Origin: Alphaproteobacteria bacterium | GTDB lineage: Bacteria > Pseudomonadota > Alphaproteobacteria > UBA828 | Assembly: GCA_963422645.2 (NCBI GenBank) | Contig: CAXXVO010000005.1 | Coordinates: 224,001-288,000 of the forward strand | Length of the DNA stretch: 64,000 nt | Direction of reading: 5' to 3' | In this document: piece after piece, positions 10,553 through 22,834 of the stretch | Numbering within the stretch: the first letter of the stretch is position 1 | Layout of the letters: each line of letters starts with the position of its first letter | The notes under the pieces: model-generated | What the model saw: the letters and a program-made list of their open reading frames with translations, nothing else | Told to the model about the DNA's origin: nothing | Databases searched by the model: none | Position numbers and translations under genes: made by a program

Positions 10553-11499
10553 GCTCTCCCTCCTGCGACCCGCACCCGTGCCCGCCCGTCCGCCGAAGCC
10601 GCCACCAGGGCTGCGGCCCGATGGAGGCTCGTGTGCCGGCGCGCCAGGCGGTCGAGATCGTCGGCGTAACCGCCGCCCACCACGCAGGCGGTGGGCACGC
10701 CGGCCTCGCGGCAGGTCTCGATCACATAGCGATCGCGCCTGGCAAGCCCCCCGTCGCCGAGGGCGAGCCGGCCGAGCTTGTCCTCCACATGAGGATCGAC
10801 GCCGGCATTGTAGAACACGATATCCGGCCGATGACCCGCGAGCAGCGCCGGGAGGTGGGTCGCCAGCACGGAGGAATAGACGTCATCGCCGGTGCCGGGG
10901 GGCACGCCGATATCGAGATCGCCGGTCTCCTTCGAGGGCGGATAGTTAGCCTCGCAATGGAGCGAGAAGGTGAAGACCTCCGGCTCGTCCTGGAAGATCG
11001 CCGCCGTGCCGTCGCCCTGATGGACGTCGAGATCGACCACCAGAGCCCGCTCGATCAGCCCCTCGCTGCGCAGCACGCGGATTGCGACGGCGACGTCGTT
11101 GAAGAGGCAGAAGCCCGCGCCGTGGTCGGCGAAGGCATGGTGACTGCCACCCGCCGTGTTGCAGGCGAGCCCGTGCTCCAGCGCGAGGCGGCCGGTGAGC
11201 ACGGTCCCGCCCACGGCGGCGCAGCCGCGGCGCACCAGCGCGTCGGAAAGCGGCAGCCCGAGGCGGCGGATGGCGCGGCGGTCGAGGGCGAGGGTCAGCA
11301 CCGCGTCGACGTAGGCCTCTTCGTGAGCGAGCGTCAGCCACTCCCGCGGCGCGGGCGTGGGCCGGGCGAGGCTCGCCGGCGTAATCACGCCGTCCTCCAG
11401 CAACACGTCCTTGATCCGGCCGAACTTCCCGATGGGGAAGCGATGCCCGGGCGGCAGCGGGACCGTGTAGTCCGGGTGAAAGACGACCGGGAGGGTCAC
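10549..11499 (-). CDS. Histone deacetylase family protein
   Basis: C-terminal part of the long ORF: [41 protein letters not shown] start at 11499. Confidence 0.9.
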   Translation of the reverse strand: MTLPVVFHPDYTVPLPPGHRFPIGKFGRIKDVLLEDGVITPASLARPTPAPREWLTLAHEEAYVDAVLTLALDRRAIRRLGLPLSDALVRRGCAAVGGTVLTGRLALEHGLACNTAGGSHHAFADHGAGFCLFNDVAVAIRVLRSEGLIERALVVDLDVHQGDGTAAIFQDEPEVFTFSLHCEANYPPSKETGDLDIGVPPGTGDDVYSSVLATHLPALLAGHRPDIVFYNAGVDPHVEDKLGRLALGDGGLARRDRYVIETCREAGVPTACVVGGGYADDLDRLARRHTSLHRAAALVAASADGRARVRVAGGRA

Positions 11500-11516
11500 A
11501 GGCGCGAGACGCGCGG

Positions 11517-11864
11517 CTAAAGGATCGACAGCACGCTCTCGGCCGGCCGGCCGAGGGCCGCGCGGGCGCCGTTCACGACGATGGGCCGCTCGATGACGAT
11601 GGGATTGGCCACCATGAGGTCGATCAGCTGGCGGCGCGAGAGTTTCTCGTCGGCCATGCCGGCCTCGCGGTAAGCGGCCTCCTTGGTGCGCATCAGCGTG
11701 CGCGGCTCGATCCCGAGCTTGGCGAGCACTGCGTCCATCTCGTTGGCCGAGGGCGGAGTCTTCAAATACTCCACGATCTCCGGCTCGATGCCCCGGTCCT
11801 GCAACAACTGCAATGTTTGACGGGACTTGGAGCAGCGCGGGTTGTGGTAAATAGTCACCGCCAT
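11517..11864 (-). CDS. arsC: Arsenate reductase (glutaredoxin-dependent family)
   Basis: [21 protein letters not shown] and LGRP motifs; ATG at 11864. Confidence 0.9.
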   Translation of the reverse strand: MAVTIYHNPRCSKSRQTLQLLQDRGIEPEIVEYLKTPPSANEMDAVLAKLGIEPRTLMRTKEAAYREAGMADEKLSRRQLIDLMVANPIVIERPIVVNGARAALGRPAESVLSIL

Positions 11865-14307
11865 GTCGTCTCTCCCGGTGCATCGCGCGGCGGCGGCACT
11901 CTGGCACGCGCTCACGCGGGGTGTCCAGCGGCCTGCGATTCGTGCCCCGCAAGCGTGCTTCGCGGGGGCTGCGGCGCTGCTGCTGGTGACCCTGTGGCTT
12001 GCCGCGAGCGCGCCGGCGCTCGCCCAGGAAGGCACGCCCGCCGCCGACGCGGCCGACGCCCAGGCCCTCGAAGGCCTGGTCGAGACCCTCGAATCGCCGG
12101 AGCAGCGCGAGCGCTTCATCGCCGACCTGAAGACTGCGCTCGAGGCCCAGCAGGCGGCGGAAGCGAGCGAGGATGCGGAGAGCGCGTCCGCCATGCGCGC
12201 GTTCTCCGACGGGATCGCCACCCTCGGCGGGCATATCGTCGATCTCGCGGGCGCGATCGCCGACATTCCTGAGGCCATCGATTGGTTGATCGAGCACTGG
12301 GGCGAGCGGGAGCAGCGCGACGCCTGGCTGGTTTCCTTCGGCAAGCTGGTCGCGATCATCGTTGCCGGGGTCGTCATCGGCCTGGTCGTCTTCCGCGCTC
12401 TGCGGAGACCGCGCCGCTGGGTCGAGGGGCTGGAAAAGCCATCCCCGTGGCTCCAGCCCGCGCTGCTGCTCTACAACGCGCTGCTGAGGGCCTTGCCCAA
12501 TCTGATCGCGGCCGGCGCGGGCTACGGCGTGCTCACCGTCATCGAGCCGGCGGACGCGCTGCGCGTGGTCGCGCTCGCGATCATCAGCGCCCACCTGATT
12601 GCGAGCGTGGTCAAAGCCGCGGGCACCCTGGTGCTGGCGCCCTACGCGCCGCAGCTCAGGCTCGTGCCGATTACCAACGTGAACGCGGCCTATTGCTCGA
12701 TCTGGTGGCGGCGGCTCGTGAACATCGGTGCCTACGGCTACGTCTTCTGCTACGCGGCACTGCTGCTCGGCCTGCCCGAAAGCGGCCATGCGGCCTTGAT
12801 CCGGCTGCTCGGCGTCCTGCTGGTCGGGCTCCTCGTCACCTTCATCCTGCAGAACCGCGTATCGTTCGCGCGCTGGCTGCACGAGACCGGGCGGACCAGC
12901 GGCACGCGGGCTCACCTCCGGGTCTTCGCCTTTCTGGGCAAGCTCGCGGACTTCTGGCACATCCCGGCGATCCTTTACGTGGTCGCGGGCGGGCTGCTGG
13001 CTGCGGCGGAAGGGCTGGAGGGCTTCCTCTTCCTGGTCAAGGGGAGTGCTGCCACGATCGTGATCGCCTGGGCCACGGGCTTCGGCTTTGCCGGGGTCCG
13101 GCGCGGCTTCGAGCGGGGCTTCCGCATCCGTGCCGAGCTGCACGAGCGCTACCCGGGGCTGCAGGTGCGGGTCAGCCGCTACCTGCCGGTGGCGCGCCGG
13201 GCGGCGCAGACGGTGATCCTGCTGCTGGGGCTCTGCCTCGTCCTCGAAGCGTGGAGCGCCGACATCTTCACCTGGCTCGCGAGCGAGACGGGCACCGCCG
13301 TGATTGCCACGCTCGCCTCGATCGTCGCCATCGCCCTGATCGCTACGATCGTGCTCGAGGTGGCGACGAGCCTCATCGACCGCTACCTCACCCAGGTCGA
13401 CGAGCAGGGCGAGCTGGTGGAGCGGAGCCAGCGCGCGCGCACCCTGCTGCCGCTCGCGCGCAACGCGCTCCGCGTCGTCGTGGGCGTGATCGCGATGCTG
13501 ATGATCCTCTCGGAGATCGGCCTCGACATCGCGCCGGTGCTGGCGGGCGTCGGCGTCGCGGGCCTCGCCATCGGCTTCGGCGCGCAGACGCTGGTGAAGG
13601 ACATCATCACCGGGCTCTTCATCCTGCTGGAGGATAGCGTCGCCGTGGGCGATGTCGTGACTGCTGGCGGCCATACCGGCACCGTGGAGGCGATGACGAT
13701 CCGCACCATCCGCCTGCGCGACCTGCAGGGGCACGTGCATACCGTGCCCTTCAGCGGCGTCGACACGATCTCCAACATGACCAAGGAGTTCTCCTACTAC
13801 CTGATCGACATGGGCGTGGCCTACCGCGAGGATTACGACGAGGTGGTCGACGTCATGCGCGAGGTCGGCGCTGAGCTGCAGCAGGACCCCGAGTTCGGGC
13901 CCAACATGCTGGAGCCGCTGGAAATCATGGGCCTCAACAGCTTCGGCGATTCCGCCGTCATCGTTCGCGCCCGGCTCAAGACCAAGCCGCTCACGCAATG
14001 GTCGACGGGGCGGGAGTACAACCGCAGGCTCAAGGCCGCGTTCGACCAACACGGCATCGAGATTCCCTTCCCTCACACGCAGATCTACTTCGGCGAGGAC
14101 AAGCAGGGCCGCGCGCCAGCCGCCCGGGTTGTCATCGAGGACGCGCGGGCGGGCGACGACGACGCTCCCGCGCCGCTCGAGGCTTCTGCCGACGACGACG
14201 AGAAGCGGGGTCGACGGGTGCGGCAGCGCGAGCGCCCGCCGCGCGAGCGGACCGGTGACGGGCCGGAAGACGCAGGCAGCAGCTCAGGCGACGACGCGCC
14301 GGGTTAG
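11863..14307 (+). CDS. MscS-family mechanosensitive channel (YbiO-like, long N-terminus)
   Basis: Signal peptide-like N-terminus, many TM helices, [18 protein letters not shown] and GIEIPFP. Start uncertain. Confidence 0.9.
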   Translation: MSSLPVHRAAAALWHALTRGVQRPAIRAPQACFAGAAALLLVTLWLAASAPALAQEGTPAADAADAQALEGLVETLESPEQRERFIADLKTALEAQQAAEASEDAESASAMRAFSDGIATLGGHIVDLAGAIADIPEAIDWLIEHWGEREQRDAWLVSFGKLVAIIVAGVVIGLVVFRALRRPRRWVEGLEKPSPWLQPALLLYNALLRALPNLIAAGAGYGVLTVIEPADALRVVALAIISAHLIASVVKAAGTLVLAPYAPQLRLVPITNVNAAYCSIWWRRLVNIGAYGYVFCYAALLLGLPESGHAALIRLLGVLLVGLLVTFILQNRVSFARWLHETGRTSGTRAHLRVFAFLGKLADFWHIPAILYVVAGGLLAAAEGLEGFLFLVKGSAATIVIAWATGFGFAGVRRGFERGFRIRAELHERYPGLQVRVSRYLPVARRAAQTVILLLGLCLVLEAWSADIFTWLASETGTAVIATLASIVAIALIATIVLEVATSLIDRYLTQVDEQGELVERSQRARTLLPLARNALRVVVGVIAMLMILSEIGLDIAPVLAGVGVAGLAIGFGAQTLVKDIITGLFILLEDSVAVGDVVTAGGHTGTVEAMTIRTIRLRDLQGHVHTVPFSGVDTISNMTKEFSYYLIDMGVAYREDYDEVVDVMREVGAELQQDPEFGPNMLEPLEIMGLNSFGDSAVIVRARLKTKPLTQWSTGREYNRRLKAAFDQHGIEIPFPHTQIYFGEDKQGRAPAARVVIEDARAGDDDAPAPLEASADDDEKRGRRVRQRERPPRERTGDGPEDAGSSSGDDAPG

Positions 14308-14403
14308 GAGTACTTCATTTCCCTCAGGCGCCGGGCGCTCGCTCCGAGCCTGCGGCCCGGTGCCGTTAAGCCTTCATACCGTGCCGTCCGCCGGGAGAAT
14401 GCG

Positions 14404-14432
14404 TTGACACAGGTAGGCCATTGGCCTACATC
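14404..14432 (+). promoter_or_regulatory. Sigma70-like promoter overlapping a palindromic operator for the brnT-HTH operon
   Basis: TTGACA (14404-14409), 17-nt spacer, TACATC. Perfect inverted repeat GTAGGCCA-T-TGGCCTAC at 14413-14429. Confidence 0.7.
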
Positions 14433-14437
14433 ATGTC

Positions 14438-14584
14438 ATGGAATTCGAGTGGGACGATGCCAAGAGCGACGCCTGTTTCGCGCAGCGCGGCTTCGATTTC
14501 GCCTACGTCATCCGCATCATTTCGGCGCGCAAGGCTAAGCGCAAGGAGGTTCGGGACTATGAGCAGAACACGCGTCAGGATTGA
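14438..14584 (+). pseudogene. BrnT-family toxin, internally deleted (48 aa)
   Basis: Manual translation MEFEWDDAKSDACFAQRGFDFAYVIRIISARKAKRKEVRDYEQNTRQD keeps the BrnT N-terminal FEWD..K and C-terminal RIISARKA motifs but has no middle. Confidence 0.75.
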
Positions 14585-14894
14585 CCCGGACGATCTGCGC
14601 AGCCTTCCTCGGGGACGGGTCGATCATGCGGTGCTGGATGCGACGAGCGAGGAGGTTATCGCGCAGCAGGCGCGCGATGACGACGCCGAGGCGATGCAGG
14701 ATATGGCGCGGTTTGCCCGACGGGTGCGCAGGCGCGTGGGGCTAACGCAGGTAGAGTTCGCGCGCCGCATCGGCGTGCCGCACGAGACCATCCGCAACTG
14801 GGAGCAAGGCAAACGCGGGCCCACGGGCGCCGCCAGGGCCCTGCTCAGGATTCTCGACAAGGCGCCCGAGACGGCCCTGCGCGTGCTCGACTGA
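14559..14894 (+). CDS. XRE/HTH transcriptional regulator, putative antitoxin
   Basis: GLTQVEFARRIGVPHETIRNWEQGKRGP HTH. ATG at 14559 with an AGGAGG RBS, overlapping the brnT remnant. Confidence 0.85.
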   Translation: MSRTRVRIDPDDLRSLPRGRVDHAVLDATSEEVIAQQARDDDAEAMQDMARFARRVRRRVGLTQVEFARRIGVPHETIRNWEQGKRGPTGAARALLRILDKAPETALRVLD

Positions 14895-15049
14895 CATCCT
14901 GGCCTGCGGCCCGGCACGATCCTTCAACAATTCAAACGGTGACGTGATCCGCGCCGCGGGCGCGTTGACTCGGCCGCGGCCGGGTCGCATCGTGCGCCGC
15001 GAACTCAGGCGGGCGCGGCGGCAGGGATCGCGCCCTGGAAAGGGACTCC

Positions 15050-16717
15050 ATGAAAGCGTCCGATCTTCTGGTCAAATGCCTCGAAACCGAGGGCGTGACC
15101 CACATCTTCGGGATTCCCGGCGAAGAGAACGCCGACGTGATGATGTCGCTGATGGACAGCGACATCGATTTCGTCCTCTGCCGGCACGAGCAGGCGGCGG
15201 CGTTCATGGCCGACGTCTATGGCCGGCTGACGGGCAAGGCGGGCGTCTGCCTCGGTACTCTCGGCCCCGGCGCCACCAACCTCGTGACCGGCGTCGCCGA
15301 CGCCAACATGGACCGCGCGCCGCTGGTCTGCCTCATCGGCCAGGCCGGCACCCAGCGCCTCCACAAAGAAAGCCACCAGAACATGGATTCGGTCTCCATG
15401 TTCCGCCCGATTACCAAGTGGGCGCAGACGGTGCACCAGGCGGACAACATCCCCGAGATCGTGCGCAAGGCCTTCAAGGTTGCCGAGGCCGAGAAGCCGG
15501 GCGCGGTGCTGATCGAGCTGCCGGAGGACATCGCCGAGCACGACGCGAGGGGCGCGCCGATCGCCCCGATCAAGACGCGGCGCCCCGGCGCCGACTACAA
15601 GGCTGTGGCGCGGGCGGTTGACGCGATCATGGGCGCCAAGAACCCGCTGATCCTCGCTGGCAACGGCGCCATCCGTAAGCGCGCCTCCACCCAGCTCCGG
15701 CGGCTCGCGGACCTCACCGGCATCGGTGTCGTCAACACCTTCATGGGCAAGGGGGCCGTGCCAAGGAGCGACGAGCACTGCCTCTTCACCGTGGGCTTGC
15801 AGGGCAAGGACCACATCATCGCGGCGCTGCGCGAGGCCGACGTGATCGTCTCCGTCGGCTACGACCTGGTGGAATATTCGCCGGCCTTCTGGAACCGCGG
15901 CGTGGAGAAGACCATCGTCCATATCGACTTTTTGCCGGCCGAGGTGGACGGCGACTACGAGGTGGAGGTCGATGTCGCCGGCGACATCGCCGATGCGCTC
16001 TGGCAGATCAACGAGGAGATCGAGCGGCGCAGCGCGGACGGCGGCGCCAGCCTGCCGCTCTTCGATATCGGCGAGCGGCAGGCGCTCCGCACGACCATCC
16101 ACGACGACCTCACCGCCGAGCGGGGCAGCAGCCACTTCCCCATGCGCCCGCAAAAGGTGCTCCACGACGTGCGGAACTTCATGGGGCCGGAGGATGTTCT
16201 GCTCTCCGACGTGGGCGCGCACAAGATGTGGATCTCCCGCTACTACCAGTGCGACGAGGCGAACACCTGCCTGATCTCCAACGGCTTCTGCACCATGGGC
16301 TTCGCCTTTCCCGGCTCGATCGGAGCCAAGATCGCCATGCCGGAACGGCGGATCCTCTCGATCAACGGCGATGCCGGTTTCTTCATGAACGCGCAGGACA
16401 TGGAGACTGCGGTCAGGCGCAAGCTCAACGTCGTCGCCGTGATCTGGATGGACGGCGCCTACGGGCTGATCGAGTGGAAGCAGCGCAACGCCTTCGACGG
16501 CCGGCACTTCGACCTCTCGTTCACCAATCCCGACCTCGCGCTCTGGGCCCAGTCCTACGGTGCCTGGGGGCGCACCATCGAGAAGGCCGATGAGCTTGTG
16601 CCTGCGCTGGAGGAGGCCTTCCAGCAGCCGGGGCCGGCGGTGATCGGCGTGCCCATCGACTACGGCGAGAACATGAAGCTGTCCGCGCGCCTCGGGAAGA
16701 TCGAATACACGATTTGA
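15050..16717 (+). CDS. Acetolactate synthase large subunit (ThDP-dependent)
   Basis: FGIPGEEN, RHEQAAAFMA, TLGPGATN and the GDAG ThDP-binding motif. Confidence 0.9.
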   Translation: MKASDLLVKCLETEGVTHIFGIPGEENADVMMSLMDSDIDFVLCRHEQAAAFMADVYGRLTGKAGVCLGTLGPGATNLVTGVADANMDRAPLVCLIGQAGTQRLHKESHQNMDSVSMFRPITKWAQTVHQADNIPEIVRKAFKVAEAEKPGAVLIELPEDIAEHDARGAPIAPIKTRRPGADYKAVARAVDAIMGAKNPLILAGNGAIRKRASTQLRRLADLTGIGVVNTFMGKGAVPRSDEHCLFTVGLQGKDHIIAALREADVIVSVGYDLVEYSPAFWNRGVEKTIVHIDFLPAEVDGDYEVEVDVAGDIADALWQINEEIERRSADGGASLPLFDIGERQALRTTIHDDLTAERGSSHFPMRPQKVLHDVRNFMGPEDVLLSDVGAHKMWISRYYQCDEANTCLISNGFCTMGFAFPGSIGAKIAMPERRILSINGDAGFFMNAQDMETAVRRKLNVVAVIWMDGAYGLIEWKQRNAFDGRHFDLSFTNPDLALWAQSYGAWGRTIEKADELVPALEEAFQQPGPAVIGVPIDYGENMKLSARLGKIEYTI

Positions 16718-16813
16718 TTCCACTGAGGTCTTGGCCCGAAGCGCCCGCTCACGTTGACTTAGAGGCGCCGTGAACGGATAGTGCGCGCTTTCCAAATCTT
16801 GGGAGGCGCTGCC

Positions 16814-17983
16814 GTGTCCACTTCAGTGATGGCCAACTATGGCCGCTTCGACCTCACCTTCGAGCGGGGTGAGGGGTCGTACCTCTATGCGGCTGACGGC
16901 GCGCGCTACCTGGATTTCGGCTGCGGCATCGGCGTGACCAGCCTGGGCCATGCGCATCCGCACGTGGTCGCCGCGCTTGAGGCCCAGAGCAAGGAGCTCT
17001 GGCACGTCTCGAACCTCTACCATATTCCGCCGCAGGCACGCCTCGCCGAGCGGCTCACCGCCGCGTCCTTCGCCGACCGCGTACTCTTCTGCAATTCCGG
17101 CGCGGAGGCGATGGAGTGCGCGATCAAGCTCGCGCGCATCTATCAGACCAGCCGCGGCGCGCCGGAGCGTTATCGCGTGGTTACCTTCCGCAACGCTTTC
17201 CACGGGCGGACGCTCGCGACCATCGCGGCGGGCGCCCAGGCCAAGCACCTCAAGGGATTCGAGCCTGCCGTCGATGCCTTCGACCAGGTGGATCTGAACG
17301 ACCTGGATGCGACCCGTGCTGCCATCGGCGACGAGACCGCGGCACTGCTGGTCGAGCCGATCCAGGGCGAGGGCGGAATTCATCCAGCGACCGACGCGTT
17401 CCTGCAGGGCTTACGCGCCTTGGCGGACGAAGCGGGCCTGGTTCTCATCTTCGACGAGGTGCAGTGCGGCGTGGGGCGCACCGGCCGGCTCTTCGCCCAC
17501 GAGTGGGCGGGCGTCGCGCCCGACATCATGGCGGTCGCCAAGGCGCTGGGGAACGGCTTCCCCATCGGCGCATGCCTCGCGCGGGAGGATGTGGCAGCGG
17601 CGATGGTTCCCGGCAGCCACGGCACCACCTTCGGCGGCAACCCGCTGGCGACCGCAGTGGCCAACGCCGTGCTCGACGTGGTGCTTGCCGATGGCTTCCT
17701 CGATAGCGTGCAGAAGAAGGGCGCGCTGCTCGCCGAGCGGCTGACCGCGCTTGCCGGCAACAAGAGCGTTTACACCGGCGTGCGCGGCCGAGGCATGATG
17801 CTGGGGCTCGAGTGCGTCGTGCCCAACATGGAGCTGCTCGGCGCGCTGCGCGAGAACAAGGTGCTGGCGCTGCCGGCGGACAGCAACGTGCTTCGCATGC
17901 TGCCCCCGCTCAATATCGGCGAGGCCGAGATCGACGAGGCCTGCGATGCGCTGGAGCGGGCCTTGGCCCAGGTAGGGTCGTGA
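16814..17983 (+). CDS. argD: Acetylornithine aminotransferase
   Basis: FCNSGAEA, FHGRT, FDEVQCG, AKALGNG and HGTTFGGNPL. GTG at 16814 after GGAGG; adjacent to argF. Confidence 0.92.
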   Translation: MSTSVMANYGRFDLTFERGEGSYLYAADGARYLDFGCGIGVTSLGHAHPHVVAALEAQSKELWHVSNLYHIPPQARLAERLTAASFADRVLFCNSGAEAMECAIKLARIYQTSRGAPERYRVVTFRNAFHGRTLATIAAGAQAKHLKGFEPAVDAFDQVDLNDLDATRAAIGDETAALLVEPIQGEGGIHPATDAFLQGLRALADEAGLVLIFDEVQCGVGRTGRLFAHEWAGVAPDIMAVAKALGNGFPIGACLAREDVAAAMVPGSHGTTFGGNPLATAVANAVLDVVLADGFLDSVQKKGALLAERLTALAGNKSVYTGVRGRGMMLGLECVVPNMELLGALRENKVLALPADSNVLRMLPPLNIGEAEIDEACDALERALAQVGS

Positions 17984-18885
17984 CCCGGCCGCGCCACTTC
18001 CTCGATTTCGACGGGATCAACGCCGCCACGCTGCGCGCCACCATCGACCGGGCGCGCACGCTCAAGGGGCGGAACGGCGCCGCGCCGCTCGCCGGCAAGA
18101 CGCTGGCCGCGATCTTCGAGAGCCCGTCGACACGGACGCGGGTCTCGTTCGAGGTCGCCATGGACGAGCTCGGCGGCAAGACCATCACCATGACGGCGTC
18201 CGACATGCAGCTCGGGCGCGGCGAGACCATCGAGGACACCGCGCGCGTGCTCTCGCGCTACGTCGACGCGATCGCGCTGCGCACCCGCTCCCACGAGACG
18301 CTGCTGGCGCTGGCGGAGGGTGCGAGCGTGCCGGTTATCAACGCGCTCTCCGACCGCAGCCATCCCTGCCAACTCGTGGCCGACGTGATGACCTACGAGG
18401 AGCACCGGGGCCCCATCGCAGGCCGCACGGTCGCCTGGCTGGGCGACGGCAACAACATGGCCGCGACCTGGGTGCAGACCGCCGCGCACTGCGGCTTCAG
18501 CCTGCGCGTCGCCTGCCCGGCGGCCTACCCGCCGCCGCCCGGGATCGTCGCCTGGGCGAAGGGGCGGGGGGCAGACATCAGGGTGGGTACCGATGTGGCC
18601 GGCGCGGTGACCGGTGCCGACTGCGTGGTGACCGACACCTGGGTGTCGCTGCACGACGACCCCGCGCGCAAGGGCAACGTGTCGTTCGAGCCCTTCCGGG
18701 TCGACGAGGCGGTGATGGCGATGGCGGCGCCCGATGCGATCTTCATGCACTGCCTGCCGGCGAAGCGAGGCTGCGAGGTGACCGACGCGGTGCTCGACGG
18801 CCCGCAGTCCGTGGTGTTGGACGAGGCGGCCAACCGCGTGCCCGCGCAGAAGGCGATCCTACTCTGGTGCCTCGAGGGCGGCTGA
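17980..18885 (+). CDS. argF: Ornithine carbamoyltransferase
   Basis: STRTRVSF, HPCQ and FMHCLP. GTG start overlaps the argD stop (GTGA). Confidence 0.93.
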   Translation: MTRPRHFLDFDGINAATLRATIDRARTLKGRNGAAPLAGKTLAAIFESPSTRTRVSFEVAMDELGGKTITMTASDMQLGRGETIEDTARVLSRYVDAIALRTRSHETLLALAEGASVPVINALSDRSHPCQLVADVMTYEEHRGPIAGRTVAWLGDGNNMAATWVQTAAHCGFSLRVACPAAYPPPPGIVAWAKGRGADIRVGTDVAGAVTGADCVVTDTWVSLHDDPARKGNVSFEPFRVDEAVMAMAAPDAIFMHCLPAKRGCEVTDAVLDGPQSVVLDEAANRVPAQKAILLWCLEGG

Positions 18886-19018
18886 GTATTTCAGCCCTGC
18901 CACCCATCCTCTGACGGACGATACCGATCCATGCTGGATTCGGTATTGACACTTTAAGTGAGTCGTAACATTATCACACTCCAATAAGATCACATCGTCG
19001 CGTTCGGGGAATGGTGCC

Positions 19019-19581
19019 GTGCCGACAATCCGCATTTCTGACCAATCGATGCAGCGACTGAAGGCGTGGGCGGAGCCGCTCGTGGACTCGGCGGACTCGG
19101 CCCTTGCGAAGGCGCTGGACGCCGCCGAACGCTATCGTGAAACACACGACCCAACGGCCACAGGCCCCGTCCAAGGGAGCGGCGATCATGCTCCGGGGCT
19201 ACCGGAGGAGACGGTTAGAGAGCCCCTCATGGACGTCATCTATGAGCGAGGTGGCCGCGCGAGCGGGCGCGATCTTTATCCGGCCCTGAGAGAGCGCATG
19301 AAACGTTACATGACGCCCGGCGATTTCGACCGAATCAGCTCGGGCGACGACAGATGGAGAAGTACCGTGAAGTCGGCACGCGAAGACCTGGTTCAAGAGG
19401 GATATCTCCGCGACGATTCGCCACGGGGGGTCTGGGCGCTCTCCGACGCGGGCGTCGCATTGGTCGAGAGCCGTCGTGTGGCTTCCTCGGGAAGCTTCGT
19501 CGATCACCTTCTCGCGTTCCCGGACGTGGGTGAGGATTCCGACTTCGATCAGCCGCGCTCGGGCCCGCGGCCGGTGGACCT

Positions 19582-19585
<4 letters not shown>
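19019..19585 (+). CDS. Mrr-N-like winged-helix protein with an antitoxin-like C-terminal tail
   Basis: RW...AREDLVQEGYL...SPRGVWAL resembles Mrr_N. The tail SFVDHLLAFPDVGEDSDF..PR...RPVDL resembles VapB/FitA tails. Stop overlaps the PIN gene start. Confidence 0.6.
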
Positions 19586-21514
<1,929 letters not shown>

Positions 21515-21537
21515 GAGAGACGAGGGGAGGCAGAGCG

Positions 21538-21776
21538 ATGAGTGACGACATCATCTCGGTGGACGAGTTCGAGAAGACGCGGGTGGCGCGCTTCAACCAG
21601 CTCGAAGGCAGCACGCTGCCCATGCTGGACGCGGTGATTCCCGGCTGCGAGCGCGAGATCTACCAGATCATCGGCCGCGGTGTCGGCGAGGACGCGACTC
21701 AGAAGGCCGCGATCACCGACAATCGGGATTTCAACGTCGCCGTGGTGCGCTGCGCGCCCGGCAAGGGCACGCTGCA
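21538..21776 (+). pseudogene. Cupin-domain protein truncated by a prophage end
   Basis: ATG after GGAGG. Reads to ...CAPGKGTLH (start of a cupin motif 1), then switches abruptly into TG plus repeat sequence. Confidence 0.6.
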
Positions 21777-21783
21777 TGTAGCC

Positions 21784-21826
21784 GGCCGAAAGTCTTTGCG
21801 AATCGCGGCCGGAAGTCTTTGCGAAT
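21784..21826. repeat. Tandem direct repeats GGCCGRAAGTCTTTGCGAAT, putative transposase-binding sites
   Basis: Copies at 21784-21803 and 21807-21826, 19/20 identical, 23-bp period, starting 7 bp in from the terminal T. Confidence 0.75.
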
Positions 21827-21948
21827 GGCCTGGAAAATCGTCTGGTTTTCGGGGCTGAATCGGGCTGGAAAAACCGGCCTGTGCATGGGCCGTGAAGGAG
21901 CGCTGCGCGGGGGGTTCAGGGCCCGTGCACGGGCGGTGCGTGAGGGTT

Positions 21949-22833
21949 TCAGGCGCGGTCGGGACCGGGGCGGGCGCCGGGGCGGCACGGGCGTTCGAGT
22001 TCGGCCTTCCACCATTCGGGGTCTTCGACGGCGCGTTCTGCGGCGTCGTATCCGTCGTGACCGGTCCATCTTCCGGGGTCGGCGTCGGCGTACCATCGGC
22101 CTGCGCCGCGGTGTCGTTCGAGGGCGTCGTCGATGCGGGCGATCCCGTCCGCCGGGCGTCCCCGGCAGAAGCGCTCGAAGAAGGCGTTGAGGCGGCATCG
22201 GGGGCAGCGTCCGCAGGGCTCTGCCGCGACGGTGCATCGCCAGGTGAGCGCCTCCAGCCCGGGCGGGAGCAGGGCCTGGAGCATGAAGCGCCCGGCGACG
22301 GGTCCGAAGGGGTCGTCCCGCGACGGCGGCCACTGCGCGCCGTCCTCCCAGCCGGGGAAGAAGGGGAGTTCCATGGGGACGGCGGTGCGCGCGCGGTAGG
22401 CCGGATGCCAGTACATGCGGTGCATGTCGTCGGCGGTGTCCCACGAGGTGATGCCGAGCATCACCCGGTCGGCGCGGTGGCGCTCGGCCTCGTCGGCGTG
22501 GGTTGCGTACCGGTCGAGGCCCCAGGGGCCGAATGTGGGGTCGCAGACGCCCTCCCACCCTCTCCCGTCCCTGATCGGGTATCCGGCGCCGGCATCGAGG
22601 TCGAGGCGCAGGGCGTCGCGCGACACGTGGCGCACGGGCCGGACGTTCCGGGAGAGCCAGTCTGCGACGGCCTCGCTTGCGGCCTGCTCGCGGGCGATGC
22701 GCGCGGGCAGTTCGCGGGCCGGCTCGCGGTAGTAGGAGAGGACGACCTCGTCTTCGGTCTCGCGCAGGACGAGGAGGGCGAGGGCGGTGCTGTCGATGCC
22801 GCCGCCTGCGGGGACGAGGGTGCGTCTTGGCAT
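21949..22833 (-). CDS. QueC-like PP-loop ATPase (phage-borne)
   Basis: N-terminal GGGIDST (SGGxDS-type PP-loop) and C-terminal TWRC-x6-CGRCPRC zinc site; ATG at 22833. Confidence 0.7.
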   Translation of the reverse strand: MPRRTLVPAGGGIDSTALALLVLRETEDEVVLSYYREPARELPARIAREQAASEAVADWLSRNVRPVRHVSRDALRLDLDAGAGYPIRDGRGWEGVCDPTFGPWGLDRYATHADEAERHRADRVMLGITSWDTADDMHRMYWHPAYRARTAVPMELPFFPGWEDGAQWPPSRDDPFGPVAGRFMLQALLPPGLEALTWRCTVAAEPCGRCPRCRLNAFFERFCRGRPADGIARIDDALERHRGAGRWYADADPGRWTGHDGYDAAERAVEDPEWWKAELERPCRPGARPGPDRA

Positions 22834-22834
22834 C

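Noticed and set aside
11862-11865. arsC and mscS start codons overlapping in one CATG palindrome
   Set aside because: The mscS start is uncertain and may be a downstream GTG, so the overlap cannot be supported.
10549-14076. 1175-aa minus-strand ORF
   Set aside because: Only the last 316 aa (deacetylase) are real. The rest is the antisense shadow of mscS plus an alternative frame of arsC, typical of high-GC DNA.
21784-21826. Short repeats as a CRISPR array
   Set aside because: Only two copies with a 3-bp gap and no cas genes. No CRISPR array was seen anywhere in the window.
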